Part shown: positions 25,900 to 39,485 of the stretch, one piece after another
Position numbering within the stretch: the first letter of the stretch is position 1
How the letters are laid out: each line of letters begins with the position of its first letter
Assembly: GCF_000002075.1 (NCBI RefSeq)
Contig: NW_004797343.1
Coordinates: 91,608-155,607 of the forward strand
Direction: 5' to 3'
Length of the DNA: 64,000 nt
DNA from: Aplysia californica
Taxonomy: Eukaryota
The notes under the pieces: generated by a model
The model's input: only the letters and a program-made list of their open reading frames with translations
Databases searched by the model: none
What the model was told of the DNA's origin: nothing
Program-made: the position numbers and the translations under genes

Positions 25900-27139
25900 T
25901 ATAAGAATAAGAATACTTTTTAAAAATTGAGTATCTCGGTCTTTCTGCTGGGGTGTTGTATCCCTTTCAGCCTGGGTTGGCCTTGGCAGGTAGCGCCGGA
26001 GCCAGCCTCTTATGAATGTTAATGATCTAAATTGTGTTGCTGGGGGCATAAAAACACTTTCATTCAAATTTTTTTAAAAGGAAAACAACTTAACTGTGAA
26101 AACTTCAGTCCACTGCAGCATCATATCGGTTCTTACACTTAAATACAACACATATGCAAGGCATTTTTATTAATTGACTTGCCTAATCTCAAGGACCTCG
26201 GAATAAAACCTTCTTTCTTATCTAGATTTCAGTGCGTGAGTCGGGGATTCGCGCAGCGCAGGTAGACCACAGTTCCGCCGCGAGAGAGGGCTCCTATCAG
26301 GCGTGCGGTGCCGCCCACAGAGCATCCTCCACTACTTTTAATCTCCTTTCATACGACACAGGAGTGTGCAGCGGTAGACCTAGATCTAGATCTGGCCTGC
26401 TCGCTTTAGTTGCGGTGTAGTCTATAGTTGTTAGGCTACCGGACCCGTAATTTTAGAATTCTCCGATCTTGGCCTGACAACTGTTTCAATTGCGGCACAC
26501 AAATGATCAATATTATTCATAGTTCTGCTGTTACTTTCAAAACAAGCGTTCTCCAACTCCAAGTTCTGTTAAGTCGGGCCGTCATCAAGAACCGTGAGTA
26601 AAACTTTCAAAGGTGCGTTCTCATCCCGTGACATGGCTTCGGCTTGCGAGTTTCGCGCGTGTCAGGGTCTTTCGAGGCTTAGATCTACGGGGGGAGGGGG
26701 TAGACCTAGTGAGGAAGCCTAGGGGTAGACACATGGACAAGGAGTCCTTGACATGATACTTCAGAATTAAAAAACAATAATAATAAAACACAGACACACA
26801 CACACATACACACACAGCGCGCGCGCAGAGGGCCTTTACATGGAATATAATATATATTTATGGACACCCCTGGAAATTTTTTTATTCAGCTGGCTAGTCT
26901 CCTTGGTGATTTGTCGTTGATCCCTATTTTTTCCGCTGAGATCCAGATTTTTAGATTTCATTGAGTGGCAGATTTGGTTCAGACATGCGAGCGGAAATTC
27001 TGCTTGTGAAGGCACGTAGCCGGTAGGGCCCTATTGCCGCCACTTGTGTCAGCGCTTTCTCTTCATTAGAGATTACGCACTATGCAGCAGCGTGTCGATG
27101 TTCGGTACAGTTAGGTCCAGGTGAAGTTGTTGCAGAAGA

Positions 27140-27660
27140 GAGTGAACCATAGCGGAGCAAAAGAAACGTACAAAGACTTCTCGGTTGAGGACAAACGGCT
27201 GATCATAGCACTGGAGGATGAAAAATCAATACTATATATTTATTTTTTTTAAACAATCTACAACACGTTTGAGATTTCGAACCAAAGAAACAAAAAGACA
27301 CCAGAAAATACGTTGTATTGAGAATTATAGTATAGTGCTGAAACAGGGACGAAAAGGCATAAACTGATAAAGTAGAGGGCAGTAGAACAAGCAGTGTTTC
27401 GTTGGTTTCAAAAGGGGCAGGCTATAGCTATTTCTATGTCAAGCCAAATTATTTCAGTAAAGACTGAGGACTACAGCATTAAAATTTAAAAATTAAATCG
27501 CCATCAATCCATCACGCGGCAGGTTTTTCATCAGGGGGCATAATTCATGGAAATTTTGACCTGATTGTCCAACTTGGTTATCTTCCTTGGTGCAGCCCAG
27601 AATTTGTCCACCGCAAAATTCGTACATAACGAAAAGATTTCTATGTCCAGCCGATTTCAC
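27140..27660 (+). mobile_element. pogo/Tigger transposase relic (CENP-B-type HTH)
   Basis: Manual translation near 27377-27470 gives RAVEQAVFRWFQKGQAIAISMSSQIISVKT, similar to the LFxWF...PISG.II..KA HTH pattern. An upstream KDFSVEDKRLIIAL segment is also present. Confidence 0.55.
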
Positions 27661-29638
27661 CATCAACTGCAACAGCCCAACCTAGAGCCCCAAACAATGT
27701 GTGCACAAGTACCATGCACAATTGCTGAACTCTTATTTAGCAAGAATCCACAGTTGTAGTTTTAAAAAATATATGGACAGTGACAGTGACACTGCTCTTT
27801 AAAAAAAAATTTAATGTGTGTCTTAGTGGGGATTGTGATAAAATACATCTGTGAAAAAAATTAACATCCAGGAATAGCACATTGCTGTTTTGCGGACTCA
27901 AAACCCGGTTGGATGGCTTGTTTTCAAAGGAATGCATTGATGAAGTACCTGTACTACGTGATGTGTGTTTATCTGACGACGTTTCTCAATACGTGTAGTT
28001 TTCAGGCGTAGACATTTGACTAATTGGGATTTCAGGTTTGTGAACCTGTCAGTGCTTTCACCCATGTTCAAAGTCCTGCTCACATATTTATCATTGCTGT
28101 CACCTAATTTAAAAACGTGCACTTTCAATCTCTTTTTACTCACTTTGCAGAGTAGGGTGAAGTACAGTTAGTAAATTACTGCTCATGTGACAGCAACGTT
28201 TTGGTATGGTGTGCATTTTTGTAATTGATATGGTCAAAGGAACAAGGTTGAGCTCTCCTCTATTTTCTGTCTTTCTAAACTACTCGTGTAACTTTTTCTT
28301 GGCTACTTGCATTAACTATTAGATTTTTTAAAGTGTTCATTTTTTTAAAAATTGTTTCAGTGTTTTTCACCCTTTTGTGTTGTGTCGATAACTATTGTTA
28401 GTTTCCACTTAACTTTACTGTCTGTTCTGATGATTTAGAGGTGGATGACCACTTGATTTTGTTCACCAAGATTATTTATTATCATGTTATAGCAGTTCAT
28501 AGGAAACCTTTTATTATGTTGGTCGAGGTTTTTGATTTACTCGTAATGTAAAAAGACAGCAACTGTCTTTGAATTTCCTTCACATGTTATTATTTGGACC
28601 TTGTTGGAATACATTGGTTTGCAAGAATGTGGACAGAATATTCTTAAGAGAAGTGTAAAGAAAGCTGAAGAACAAAAAAGCAGTTGGCTTAAGTATGTAC
28701 AGGAAAGCATGTAGACTTTTCTAGATGAATCAGAGCTGCATTTCAACAAGGGAATCAGTGAGCTATGACCTCTAACCTATGCTAAGGAGGTCACACCCTG
28801 TCAGTGATGATAGTGATAAAGAAGGGATGTCGAGCAATGTGGACATGAAACTTTTATGGACAGGTGTCTAGTTCCTGTGTGCAGTTATGTAGCATGAACT
28901 GTGCTCAAATTCAAGGAAATGCTCATATTTTTCTTATTGTCCATACAAGCACTGTGCTAGGAGAGACTAACATGTCTTACTGGAGTAATCTCACTCTTCA
29001 CTTGACTTCACAGTATTTGAACCATTACATAACTCATTTCATGGAGGATTTCATTTTTCAAATTTGGTATTGACCTTAGTCACTTTTCTTTTGTAATTGT
29101 CTTATCCAAGTTGGATTTAGTGTACTAACCTTATTCCCATGTTCAAATTTACCCCAAAATCTCTGTAAATCAGATTGTTCAGGATATGATGTCATTGTGA
29201 CTATATTTCTTGCAAGCTATGGAAAAAAAAAGACCGAAAACATTTTTCAGTGGGCATGAGTTTTACGAACACTTACCTGATATAAGGCTTTAAAACTCAA
29301 GGGGAAGAAATGTAATCAATGAGACAAAAAAGCCCAACTTTTCTGTAGTTTGTTCCCTTGAAACTGTAATTTCTGGTGTTGGCCATTTGCTATTAAGTTC
29401 ATTACTGTGAGAATGTTCTCTATTGTAAGTCTCCCCCCCCTTTTTTTTTGTTGTTGTTGTGTTTTTTGTGTTTTGTAGGGCGCACTGTTTTTCAAACATG
29501 TTTACTTTAATGGAAGCACAGTTTTCTGGTGTGTATCTAGATGTCTCTTTTCTGTACTGAAGGTGATCTTTTTTTTATTTTAGTCGTAATTTTTATGTGG
29601 AACATAATAACTATGTGGAACGAATTTCAACATATATA

Positions 29639-31005
29639 CAGGGTGATCCAAAAAAACCTGTACAACTTCTTTTGTTAATATTTTCCTCCTCTCTGAAGTT
29701 TTGCATTTCAAATTTGTACCCAACAATAGGAAGTCAAAAGGAATTTGTCTAATATTCATTTCAGAAAAGTCCACAGAATAGTTTTGCTCTACGTAGCGCG
29801 TAAAAAAACAACCCATTTTCAGCTATGTCCCCATTTTTGTAGCTTGACGCACTGGTTCGCTATAGGCCTACCACTAAAAATCCCAACAATTGCGCCATAT
29901 TGCGAACTACAGTAGTCTAACCGGCCGACAGAAGTTTGCACATAGTTTTTCACAAGTTTCCTTTGCCTGCTGAGATCATGGTTAAGATTAGTAAATAGTA
30001 AAGAGCAGAGAGTTTGTTATATTGAACATTTCCTCACCACCAACTCATTTCGTAAGTTTCACACAAGGAACAGAGATAGTTTTAAAGTGCCCTTAAGGCC
30101 TTCTTTGATGTCAAGGGTGAAAATGGTCCTTCAGTTAGGACCAGTAGAGAATCAGAACTAAAAATTCCCATACCACTTCAGGTCTAACACACACCGTTCG
30201 CACCCCTTTAAACGTCACTAGGGTGCAGAATTCTGTTCGTAGACGATGTCTGCAGCAATGACTTTCCTACTTCTCAACAGTTCACATTTTCAAGGCAGAT
30301 CTTAATCTACGACTGTACCATTTTCCCGTTCGCAAAGCTATCAGAGGATAGCAATATGTTCATAATTCCTCGATTGTCTTGAAAAGCGTGAACATTTCCT
30401 CTTTGACATTTGGTTCCTTTGCAAAGCCCACATTCACTTTTCAGGTTATATCAACTCCACAAATACTATTTCCGCAACCCCCCCCCCATTGTCTCTAGAA
30501 ACAGCTCCATCCTGTTAGGTGTACAGTGCATTAAGTGGCTTTGAGTACTCATGGTTGAGTGGATCCTTGTGATTGGCCTCTACTGAACATTATGAATGAC
30601 GCGTTAAAATGTGTCGAGTCCAAAGGAGGACATATAGACCATATTGTTCTCGGAATTCCAGAATTAAAAATTAAAATTTTAAAAACCTCTGTAGGAGAAA
30701 AGAAATGTTGTTCAAAAGTTACAGGGATGGAAAGATTAGCATTTAAAAATAAAAGGAAAGGAAAAAAAAAACGACCATTCGTTCCAGACATTCTTTACAA
30801 GATCTTTTAAATTGGTTCTTTTTATATTTATGGGTGGTTTTATAAAAGCCATTTCCTTTTTCGAAAATAAGTTTTTTCTTTATGAACTTTATGTCAAACA
30901 AATTCCTTTTGAATGAATATTATCTGTTCCAAATGACAACATTCTAGTACAAATTTTGTCCGAGATATTCAGAAAAAAAGGTAGTTTTTTGGAGGGATCA
31001 CCCTG
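29639..31005 (+). mobile_element. Decayed Tc1/mariner-superfamily element
   Basis: TA|CAGGGTGATCC ... GGATCACCCTG|TA. Transposase remnants IWFLCKAHIHFSGYINSTN (from the WFSDEAHFHLxGxVN motif) and the C-terminal CVESKGGHIDHI. Confidence 0.8.
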
Positions 31006-31145
31006 TATTTTTCATTACAGTAGCTGAGTTCGTGAAGACTACTTCTGCTTAGATGAAACAGATTTTTTCCTGTTTTATTTACTCACACACACACCACATA
31101 CACACCCACACACGCACACACACACACACACAAAAACACACACAC

Positions 31146-31745
31146 ACTGTTGAACCTGTCCGAGACAATCACCTATTGTCAAGGAGGAAAGGCCGTCATC
31201 TTAGACAGGTGATCCTCTTGGACAGTGTCATTATAATATGTGCCACAGCATGGTGGAATCAAGTGCTGGTCAAATATTGAAATCGAAGAAACAGACATTT
31301 TTCCATCCATTGGGCAATTTTAATCGATTTTATTTTTTATTTTTGGCTCAACATGTTTTATATCCATTCAAAAACATATAACTGCATGCATTTTACTGTT
31401 TACTGAAAAACATTGATGAGAGGCACAAAATATTTGCAGTTTTCAGGGGCACTTAATCTTTGGAAATCACCAAACCTTGGCAGCCATTTTCTCGCTAATT
31501 GTACCTTGGACATCAGGTGACCCCCACCTCCTTTTATTACAAATATCTCAATTTCTGTTCAAGATAGATTGCTTCTTTCATCAAATATTAGGCAAATGAA
31601 CAGGCTTTAAGATGATACCAATAACTCCTTATGCCCCAAAAGTGACTTGCACCTGATTCCTCCATTAGGGAAAGTGCAAGTGGGGAAATACCGTTTGTAC
31701 AAGTGATTGTCTTTGACCGATTTTCACTCAAGCAGGTTCGTTGTA
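31146..31745. mobile_element. Tigger-like MITE containing an inverted family X MITE (31237-31665)
   Basis: Ends resemble those of 8788-9590 (cacctattgtcaagg...; gtttgtacaagtgattgtc...caggttcg). The interior matches family X in reverse orientation. Confidence 0.6.
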
Positions 31746-32399
31746 TATGTATAAAATGGCTTTTTAGTGTTCTTTTAGCAGTCACTATTGTCAGTGTGAT
31801 GAGGAACGTTTTTGAAAGTGTACCTTCAACCTGTACCTATTTTTCAGCCTCTTAGGTTTTGGGTTTTGAGGCCATGATAAGAAAACAAAACAAAACCAAC
31901 AAAATTGAAGAGAAAGGATGAACACAGAACGAGCAATATTATTATTAAAGTCGATACAGCATTCCCCAGAAAGTTTTCAACTGTTTTGTTTGTTTTTTAT
32001 TAGTGAAAAGAGAATCAGATTTCAGTGCTATGGCTTTATTGCTTTTGAGTTTTATTTCTGGCGAATCCCTCAATATTCAAATAGATAAAATACACTTTAG
32101 CAGTCCACTCTATCAGAAGAAGTTGATTGTAATTAGTTTTTAGTTTTAGTAAGAGTTTTACAGCACTTGAAATACAGTTAGGTCATATAAGTGATGAAGA
32201 TTAGAGGTGTTACACGAGAGCAATACATACTTACCGGCAAAAGTAATGCGAATTCACATGACACAAGAAGAGGAGAGTAAATTGAAGGAATATTTTTATG
32301 TAGAGAAACAGGTTTCAGGTGTCTCAAAATGCACAAAACAATGCTTAAGAGTTGGGGATTTGCTTGGGGACAGATTTTGTTATTCGGCATCAATGACTA

Positions 32400-33756
32400 A
32401 TGACCTTGACCTTGGGGCTTAAGTTCCAGTCTGTATCTGGTATGGCCCCCATTAGCGTTGATGATAGCAGTGCATAGAGTGGACCAAGCAATTGATTTGG
32501 CTGTTGGGACCTGCACTCATTCCTGAAGAATAGCAGCACCCAGTTGTGCAGCTGTCCGGGGTCTGGGCTGGAGTTGGTTGAGACGCCTCTGAAGGATGTC
32601 ACAAAGGTGTTCTATTGGGTTCACATCTGGTGATCGGGGTGGGTGAGGCATGGTGGGTGTGTTGTTCTGCACCAGGAACTGCTGGGTAACACGTGCTGTA
32701 TGAGGCCGGGCGTTATCCTGCTGAAAGAGGTGGTTTTGATGTCTCTGGAAAAATGGAGCAACATGGGGCTGCAGGACTTGGTTGATGTAGTGCTGTGCCA
32801 TCCCTCTGTTGCCACGTCCATGTCCTAAATTTTGGAAGATTATGGAGCCCAGTCTTTGATTGATACCGATTGCACCCCATATCATCACGCTTTGACCTCC
32901 CCACAGGTCTCTCTCCCAGATGTTCTCGTCAGAGTAGCATTGTCTGGGGCAGTGCCAAATTCGGACCTGTTTATTGTCAGGATTGATGCAGAAGCGACTC
33001 TTGTCACTGAAGATCACACGCTGCCACTGTCGATGACGCCAGTTAATGTGGTTCTGAGCCCACTGGAGACGAGCTCGTCGATGATGGACGTTCAGGGGTG
33101 CTCTCTGCTCCGGATGCCGACAACGCAGCCCCCTGGCCACAAGTCGGCGGCGTATGGTGCGGTCACTCATGGCTCTACCGTGCGTTCCTAAGGTGTTCTG
33201 GGCAGTCTCGGAGGCAGACAACCGTGGATCTCGGTGATGCTGACACACGAAGAAGCGGTCTTGGGCAGCTGTTGTCAGTCAAGGTCTTCCGCTTCTTTGG
33301 AGATCTGTTGTGGAGTTGATTGCCTGGAATCTGTTTTGCAGGCGGTAGATAGTTCTGGCATGCACTCCCAGGACTGTTGCCACCTGCTGAGGGCTCTCGC
33401 CGGCTTGCAGACGTCCAGTAGTTCTTTCTCGATTTTCTGCAGATAATCTTGGCATCTTGATAGTCGGACTGTGCAACACACAATCAAACATTTTAGGGCA
33501 GAGAATTTATAGGCCAGACCAACTCAACATGTGAGCAAAAATTCACGATTCAATTCGCGTTTTAACTGCGTACCTTTGAGAGGGTTGCTTTGTTATATTG
33601 TTTGATGCATAAGCGGCAAATGAGCTGTTGTGTGTTTTAAATCGAGCCACAAGAACACATTGTGAATAGAGACAAATGAAAACAACTCACAGAAATACTC
33701 ATTTTTGTTTTCTACACTTTGTGTTACTTTTTCGCTTTATTTATGCCGGTCAGTAT
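32400..33756 (-). mobile_element. Tc1 (DD34E) transposon, pseudogenised and 3'-truncated
   Basis: MPRLSAENRE...RSGRP* HTH, VIFSDKSRF, FQQDNARPH, SPDVNPIEHL with 34 residues between the second D and E. TIR-like end at ~33725-33756; matching TIR not found. Confidence 0.9.
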
Positions 33757-34868
33757 GTTATACAAAAATGTAATTAGNNNNNNNNNNNNNNNNNNNNNNN
33801 NNNNNNNNNNNNNNNNNNNNNNNNNNNNNNNNNNNNNNNNNNNNNNNNNNNNNNNNNNNNNNNNNNNNNNNNNNNNNNNNNNNNNNNNNNNNNNNNNNNN
33901 NNNNNNNNNNNNNNNNNNNNNNNNNNNNNNNNNNNNNNNNNNNNNNNNNNNNNNNNNNNNGGGTCGTTGGCGGGTGCTCTGGTGTGGTTTGCTTCTTCTT
34001 TCCTATCAAACGTCTATCGTCCTTATCTCCCCTTCTTCTTTTTTATTTTTTTATTTTTGTTACTCTCTTGTAACACCTCTAATCTTCTGGCGCTCATATG
34101 ACCTAATGCAGTTGTGAGCGCNNNNNNNNNNNNNNNNNNNNNNNNNNNNNNNNNNNNNNNNNNNNNNNNNNNNNNNNNNNNNNNNNNNNNNNNNNNNNNN
34201 NNNNNNNNNNNNNNNNNNNNNNNNNNNNNNNNNNNNNNNNNNNNNNNNNNNNCACTCACTGCCAGACCGCTACAATATTATAGATTTATTTTATCATCAG
34301 TTTCAAATTTTCAAGACAGGAACAATTTTTGGGGGTAAAAGTAAAAGTAAATGGGAGGCCATTGTTTGCTGAGTGAAGAGGACAAAGCAATATTTATCCT
34401 TGCTGAGTGAAGAGGAGAAAACAATGTTTGTTGCTACAAGAACAGATAGACCCATTGGCTTGGTTACTCTAAGGAGGGGTCTCCCACTAATTTTGAAATA
34501 AACCATATGAGCATATTTTATGCTCTTTTGAGAAAGAGAAGAGGGAGAAAGAAAGATATATATGGAATGGAGGCAGGGAGAAATAACGACAGGGGGGGAG
34601 AGGGGGGGGATATGTATAATGGAGTCCAAAACCCATACAAATACAAAAGCAAAAGAAACAAAATTTCTTACCTTATACTGTTCTTGGGTAATCAAAGTCT
34701 CAAAGAAAGTGAAATAAAAAATAAAAAAACTAAGAGGTCCTGTCTACCTTGGCTCATCCCCCCGTGGGTGTGGCTTGTAAGTCATGCTTCATTTCTTTCC
34801 CTCTAGTGTTTTGCTTGTCTTGCTTTGTTTCTGTGCTAAATTAGGTACCTTCATGTTGTTGATGGGCT

Positions 34869-35331
34869 TCTCTTTGCTGAAACAAAACTAACTGTTCTTG
34901 TGTCAATGTGCTTCTCTTTGCTGAAACAAAACTAACTGTTCTTGTGTCAATGTGCATCTCTTTGCTGAAACAAAACTAACTGTTCTTGTGTCAATGTGCA
35001 TCTCTTTGCTGAAACAAAACTAACTGTTCTTGTGTCAATGTGCATCTCTTTGCTGAAACAAAACTAACTGTTCTTGTGTCAATGTGCATCTCTTTGCTGA
35101 AACAAAACTAACTGTTCTTGTGTCAATGTGCATCTCTTTGCTGAAACAAAACTAACTGTTCTTGTGTCAATGTGCATCTCTTTACTCAAACAAAACTAAC
35201 TGTTCTTGTGTCAATGTGCATCTCTTTGCTGAAACAAAACTAACTGTTCTTGTGTCAATGTGCATCTCTTTGCTGAAACAAAACTAACTGTTCTTGTGTC
35301 AATGTGCATCTCTTTCCTGAAACAAAACTAA
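34869..35331 (+). repeat. Minisatellite, 44-bp unit, ~10.5 near-identical copies
   Basis: Unit tctctttgctgaaacaaaactaactgttcttgtgtcaatgtgca at 34869, 34913, 34957, 35001 ... 35309 (partial). Confidence 0.97.
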
Positions 35332-35382
35332 ATGAGCATTAGCTTCATGGTATTCAAACTGAAACTTTGACTCCCTGGTCAG

Positions 35383-35673
35383 CAGCAACTCTCCTTCAAG
35401 TCCTAGTGTGGTCCAGGAGGAAAGTCCGCCCCGCCACAAGTCTCCCTCACCCTTCGCCCGCTCAGAGGAGGAGGAAGCTGCAGGGGTCAGCACGGAGCAG
35501 GCACCGGCCAAACAGACACGATCAGTGTCCAGCCAGACGGAGGGCACAGTGACCATCATCACCGTGGGCAACCCACCCAATGCCACCCACCCTAGCGGTA
35601 CTGTGTCGGTCAAGAGCACGGCTTTGGCCCCTAGTGGTGGCTCCAGTCAGCAGAGCTTGGTCAAGTTGTCCCA
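35383..35673 (+). CDS. VEPH1: VEPH1 coding exon 7 (Ser/Pro-rich linker)
   Basis: cagcag tandem acceptor; phase 2 matches exon 6. SNSPSSPSVVQEESPP...TVTIITVGNPP...VKLS, CA|GTGAGT. Confidence 0.85.
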
Positions 35674-36719
35674 GTGAGTTGGACACTAGATAGTTTCATA
35701 GTGGAAAGTGGAAAGCCCCCCTCCTAAATGAACAAAATTTATTTTCAATTTCGGAAGGAAGTTGTCCCAGTGAGTAGTAGTCCAGAAATTTTATAATGTT
35801 AAAGTGAAATGAGAAAAATCCTAAATATGTACATTTGAGGGAGGAAGTTGTCCCATTGAATAGTAGGATTTTTTCATAAATGTCTAGGGCACCTGTTACC
35901 TTAGCTGGTTTCATCCGTTGGTGCCCCATTCCCTGCTACAACAGGCATCCATCTTATCTGTTCTCTGCTTTGATGCAGTATTTCATAAAGGTGTAGACCA
36001 CTGTCAGATTTGACACTTTCAGTGTGTCACGTTGCAGGTCTTCCCTTATTACTCTTTGCCTTTTTGCCCTGTAGCACTGTTGTCATCAGGTATGTTTGTA
36101 TGCTTCTGTTTCTTGATGTGAAAAGGAAAAGCCTAAATTATTTAAATTGTGCCGATGGGAGCATAAAACATTTACAATAAAAAGTTAAAAGGTAGAGTGT
36201 TTATTTATAGTCATGAGTTCCCCTGAAGACTTGAACAGCTTCATTTATATCCTCTTTAGCCAGACTTTTCTGTTCAATGTATGATTTCAGTCCCTTTGGG
36301 ACAGCATTGCAGCCTGTTACAAGCATGTCAATATTATCAACACATTCCATATGTAGGCTACCAATTACCAAATACCTATGTCTGCCTTTTAATGGTTAGG
36401 CAGTCAGCTCATAATTGCATGCAGGAGATATGAGTTTCATTCTCACTTGTGGGGGAGTTTTTTTTATTGAGTATCTCCTTCTGTATTCCTTTCAGGACGT
36501 GTTAGCCCTCAAAGACAAGATCACTGCAGCCTGTCTTCTAAATGAAGTTTAATGTGTCAACAAGAGAACTAAATATTTACAATAAGCAAAACGTCAGAAA
36601 TTGTCATGTAAATATTTGCAGTATCATTTGGGAATGTGATAGAAGGACATTTTGTTTCTTGAAAAGTAAGTTATATCTAGCTGTGTATCTTGTGATGTGT
36701 CTTCTTGTGTGTTTTTCAG

Positions 36720-36804
36720 TCTGTCCTCTGACCAGGCCTATGGCGGGGCTCAGGAAGTGACCTCTCATACCACTATCGGCACGTCTACCGACCTCTCACC
36801 ACAG
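36720..36804 (+). CDS. VEPH1: VEPH1 coding exon 8 (not shown in-frame in the ORF track)
   Basis: tttttcag|T, LSSDQAYGGAQEVTSHTTIGTSTDLSPQ, |GTAAAT. Phases 2/0 are exactly what is needed to join exons 7 and 9. Confidence 0.8.
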
Positions 36805-37927
36805 GTAAATTTGTCGTTGTAAAAGCCAGTGGCTGTGGACACTGTCATGTAGATCCTTACAGGCCACCTAATGTCATCGTGAAGGCAGGTGATTGGTAGG
36901 CACTGTGGTGTTGTCTGCTTCTTTGACTTTTTTCTTGTGTTAGTTTTAATCATAATCTATTGGGGTTCATACACCACTCTATTTTATGTCATCGTGAAGG
37001 CGGGTAGTTGGTGGGTGCTCTGGTGTGGTCTGTTCTTCTATTTTTTCTTGCATCAGGTTGTATCATGCAGAGTCTTTACAGACCACTTATTGTTGTGGTG
37101 AAGGAATGAATGTTGTAAAATGTTGACTTTACAAGGTTGGGAGAGAGAGAGAGACAGAGAGAGGAAGGGGAGGGAGAGAGAGAGAGGCTTGAGGTAGGGA
37201 AAGAAATGTCAAAAAAAGGAGATAATAGTGTCAGTTCACCTACGTATGCTCTCCAATGTTTAGTTTTTAAATACAAATAGAAGAATTCTGTGTGTTGGCT
37301 TCTGATTTGTATTTTGCATCAAGTTCTTTTGATTCATTACTGTTGCCTCTCACAGTCTCTGACTGATATACTGAAACCAACCTCAAAATTTTTGTTTATT
37401 GTGAACATGGTGTGATAATAGCCGAAGTCTTTTATTATAGTCTTAGTAAATCTAATAAAGTTATGAATTTCATGTGATTTGCAGACTCTGGCCAAAATGA
37501 ATTTTTTTTTTTGTTTATCATTGTTGGCACTTATACACATGTTCCTGACTAAGCGGGAAGCAACCATATAAATCATGTCTTGACGAAAGCTAAAAGGGTG
37601 ACTGTTTACTAACAACTGAACCTCGATATTAGCATCCTGTTTCTGTCTCTTCTTGGTATTGCAATATCATGATACAGTCAAAACTTTTAGCTTTTAGTTC
37701 TAGTAAAAGTTTTACGGTACTTGAAATACGGTTAGGTCACATAAGTGCTGAAGATTAGAGGTGTTACATGAGAGCAGTATGTATATACAAATATGTAATT
37801 AGCAGTTTGTCATGGAGAAGAGTAGCACTCTAAGATAGGTGTACATCTTACATCTAAATAGTTGTAAAGCACATAGAGCATGCTCTTGAGCATGGATATG
37901 CGCTATATGCAATTATTATTATTATTG

Positions 37928-39485
37928 CAGAGATGCCAACCAGTACGATTTTACATATTTTAGTACGATTTTTTGCCGAAAATACGTGAATACGACTTTT
38001 CATGAAAAAATACGCATCCTGGAATGCGAAAAATATACGAGATTCAGCTTGGGCGAGTAATCCTAATTATCTCAAGTCCCATCTTTTGTCAAAATAGTAT
38101 CAGTATCGCAGAACTGGAATATTTGAAAACCAAGTCCGATGTGGTCAGTAAGTTCATTTTTGTCAGTCGCGATCGTGATATTATATTCGTTCAGCTTTTC
38201 CCCGTCCAGAGAATACGTTTCACTTTCACGCAAATAGGCAGCTATGGCGGCAGGCGGAAGCGTATGTGACAGCGTGACCGAGGCTCAATCGGGAAAATCA
38301 AGATCTACTTTCGCTTTCGTTACCACCGAGAAGTTTGCCAGCAGTTGTCTGATGATAACGCAACATTTGTGGCATGCAGGTTGTGCAGTATAAACACAAT
38401 GTGGCCGTTCAAATAAGATGTAATAAATACTCGGACCTGTCTCTGTGCTGTCACTTGTGGAAAAAAAATAAAATACAATCGTCGTCCGATTTAGAGATTG
38501 TTTTGCTGGCCATCGTGACCGGTCACTGAACCTGCGCTTATACGCATCATAAATAAATGCGGCATCGTGTGAGTAAAGACCGTCTTTGGTGGGAGTAACG
38601 GCGTTGCGAAGTATATGACTACGGAATAGGGGAGGAGATTATTGATTTTTTGGGGGGTTTAAGATACTATCCGGGGGGGGAGGGGTGTTAGGCAACACTA
38701 GAGGACAAAAACTTGGAAGCACATTTCAGAATTTTGATTAGAGCTTTCTGCAAAGCGCTCGTTGGTGCAGGCCGTGTGCGGAATCGGGACCCCTCATACT
38801 TTGCAAGTCTGTGTTATTGAAGTAAAGTGTTCACGTTTCATTGGATGGGTGAAAGTAATTATACCTACTTAGATGGGTGATAATAAATTATACCTACATC
38901 TACTTGGATGGGTGATAGTAAATTATACCTACAGTGTATGTTGTAGCTTTCTGTTCAAGACTGGCAGATTTTCAGTGTCACTGCATCTTGCCCGTCCACA
39001 GTTGTTACACCTCTCACAGTGCATGGGTCTACTTGAGCCATTCAAGTTATTGCTTTTCTCTGAGTTTGAGCAATAATTTGAGTCTGTCAGTTCATAATAT
39101 GAATCATGACACCCAGACTCGTTCTTGATAGTCAAAATTCTTGTTCTAGGCCCTTCCAAACTCTCAAAGCAGGATTTATTTTTTAAATAATAATGAGAGG
39201 AAAATATTATATAATAGACTGAAATTCTTAAGTCAAACAAAACCCCAGTACGACATTGAACACTGACATGTTGTTGAATGGATACATGTATATTGTACGC
39301 GTGTGTGCTACTTTTTTCGAGCTGGTGAGCTAGTAATTTTTTTTCAGGAAATATTGCTGGACACCCTGAACATTTTATTATTACTGGTTGATCGGTCGGT
39401 CGTGGGGAGTACACATTTTCCCCTGAAAATACACATTTTCATATTTCCCAATACTCATTTCGGTTTTCTGTGGTTGGCATCTCTG
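37928..39485. mobile_element. Non-autonomous hAT-like element
   Basis: Perfect 15-bp TIR CAGAGATGCCAACCA / TGGTTGGCATCTCTG. It is inserted into an (ATT)n tail, so the TSD is ambiguous. Confidence 0.8.

Noticed and set aside
34869-35331. CRISPR-like regular array
   Set aside because: Units are contiguous with no unique spacers, there are no cas genes, and the context is a eukaryotic intron. It is a minisatellite.
21739-35382. Missing VEPH1 exons or a nested PTX3-like gene in the long intron
   Set aside because: Exons 6 and 7 join in phase and give a plausible 876-aa protein, and no pentraxin-like coding sequence was seen. A small exon hidden in the two gaps cannot be excluded.
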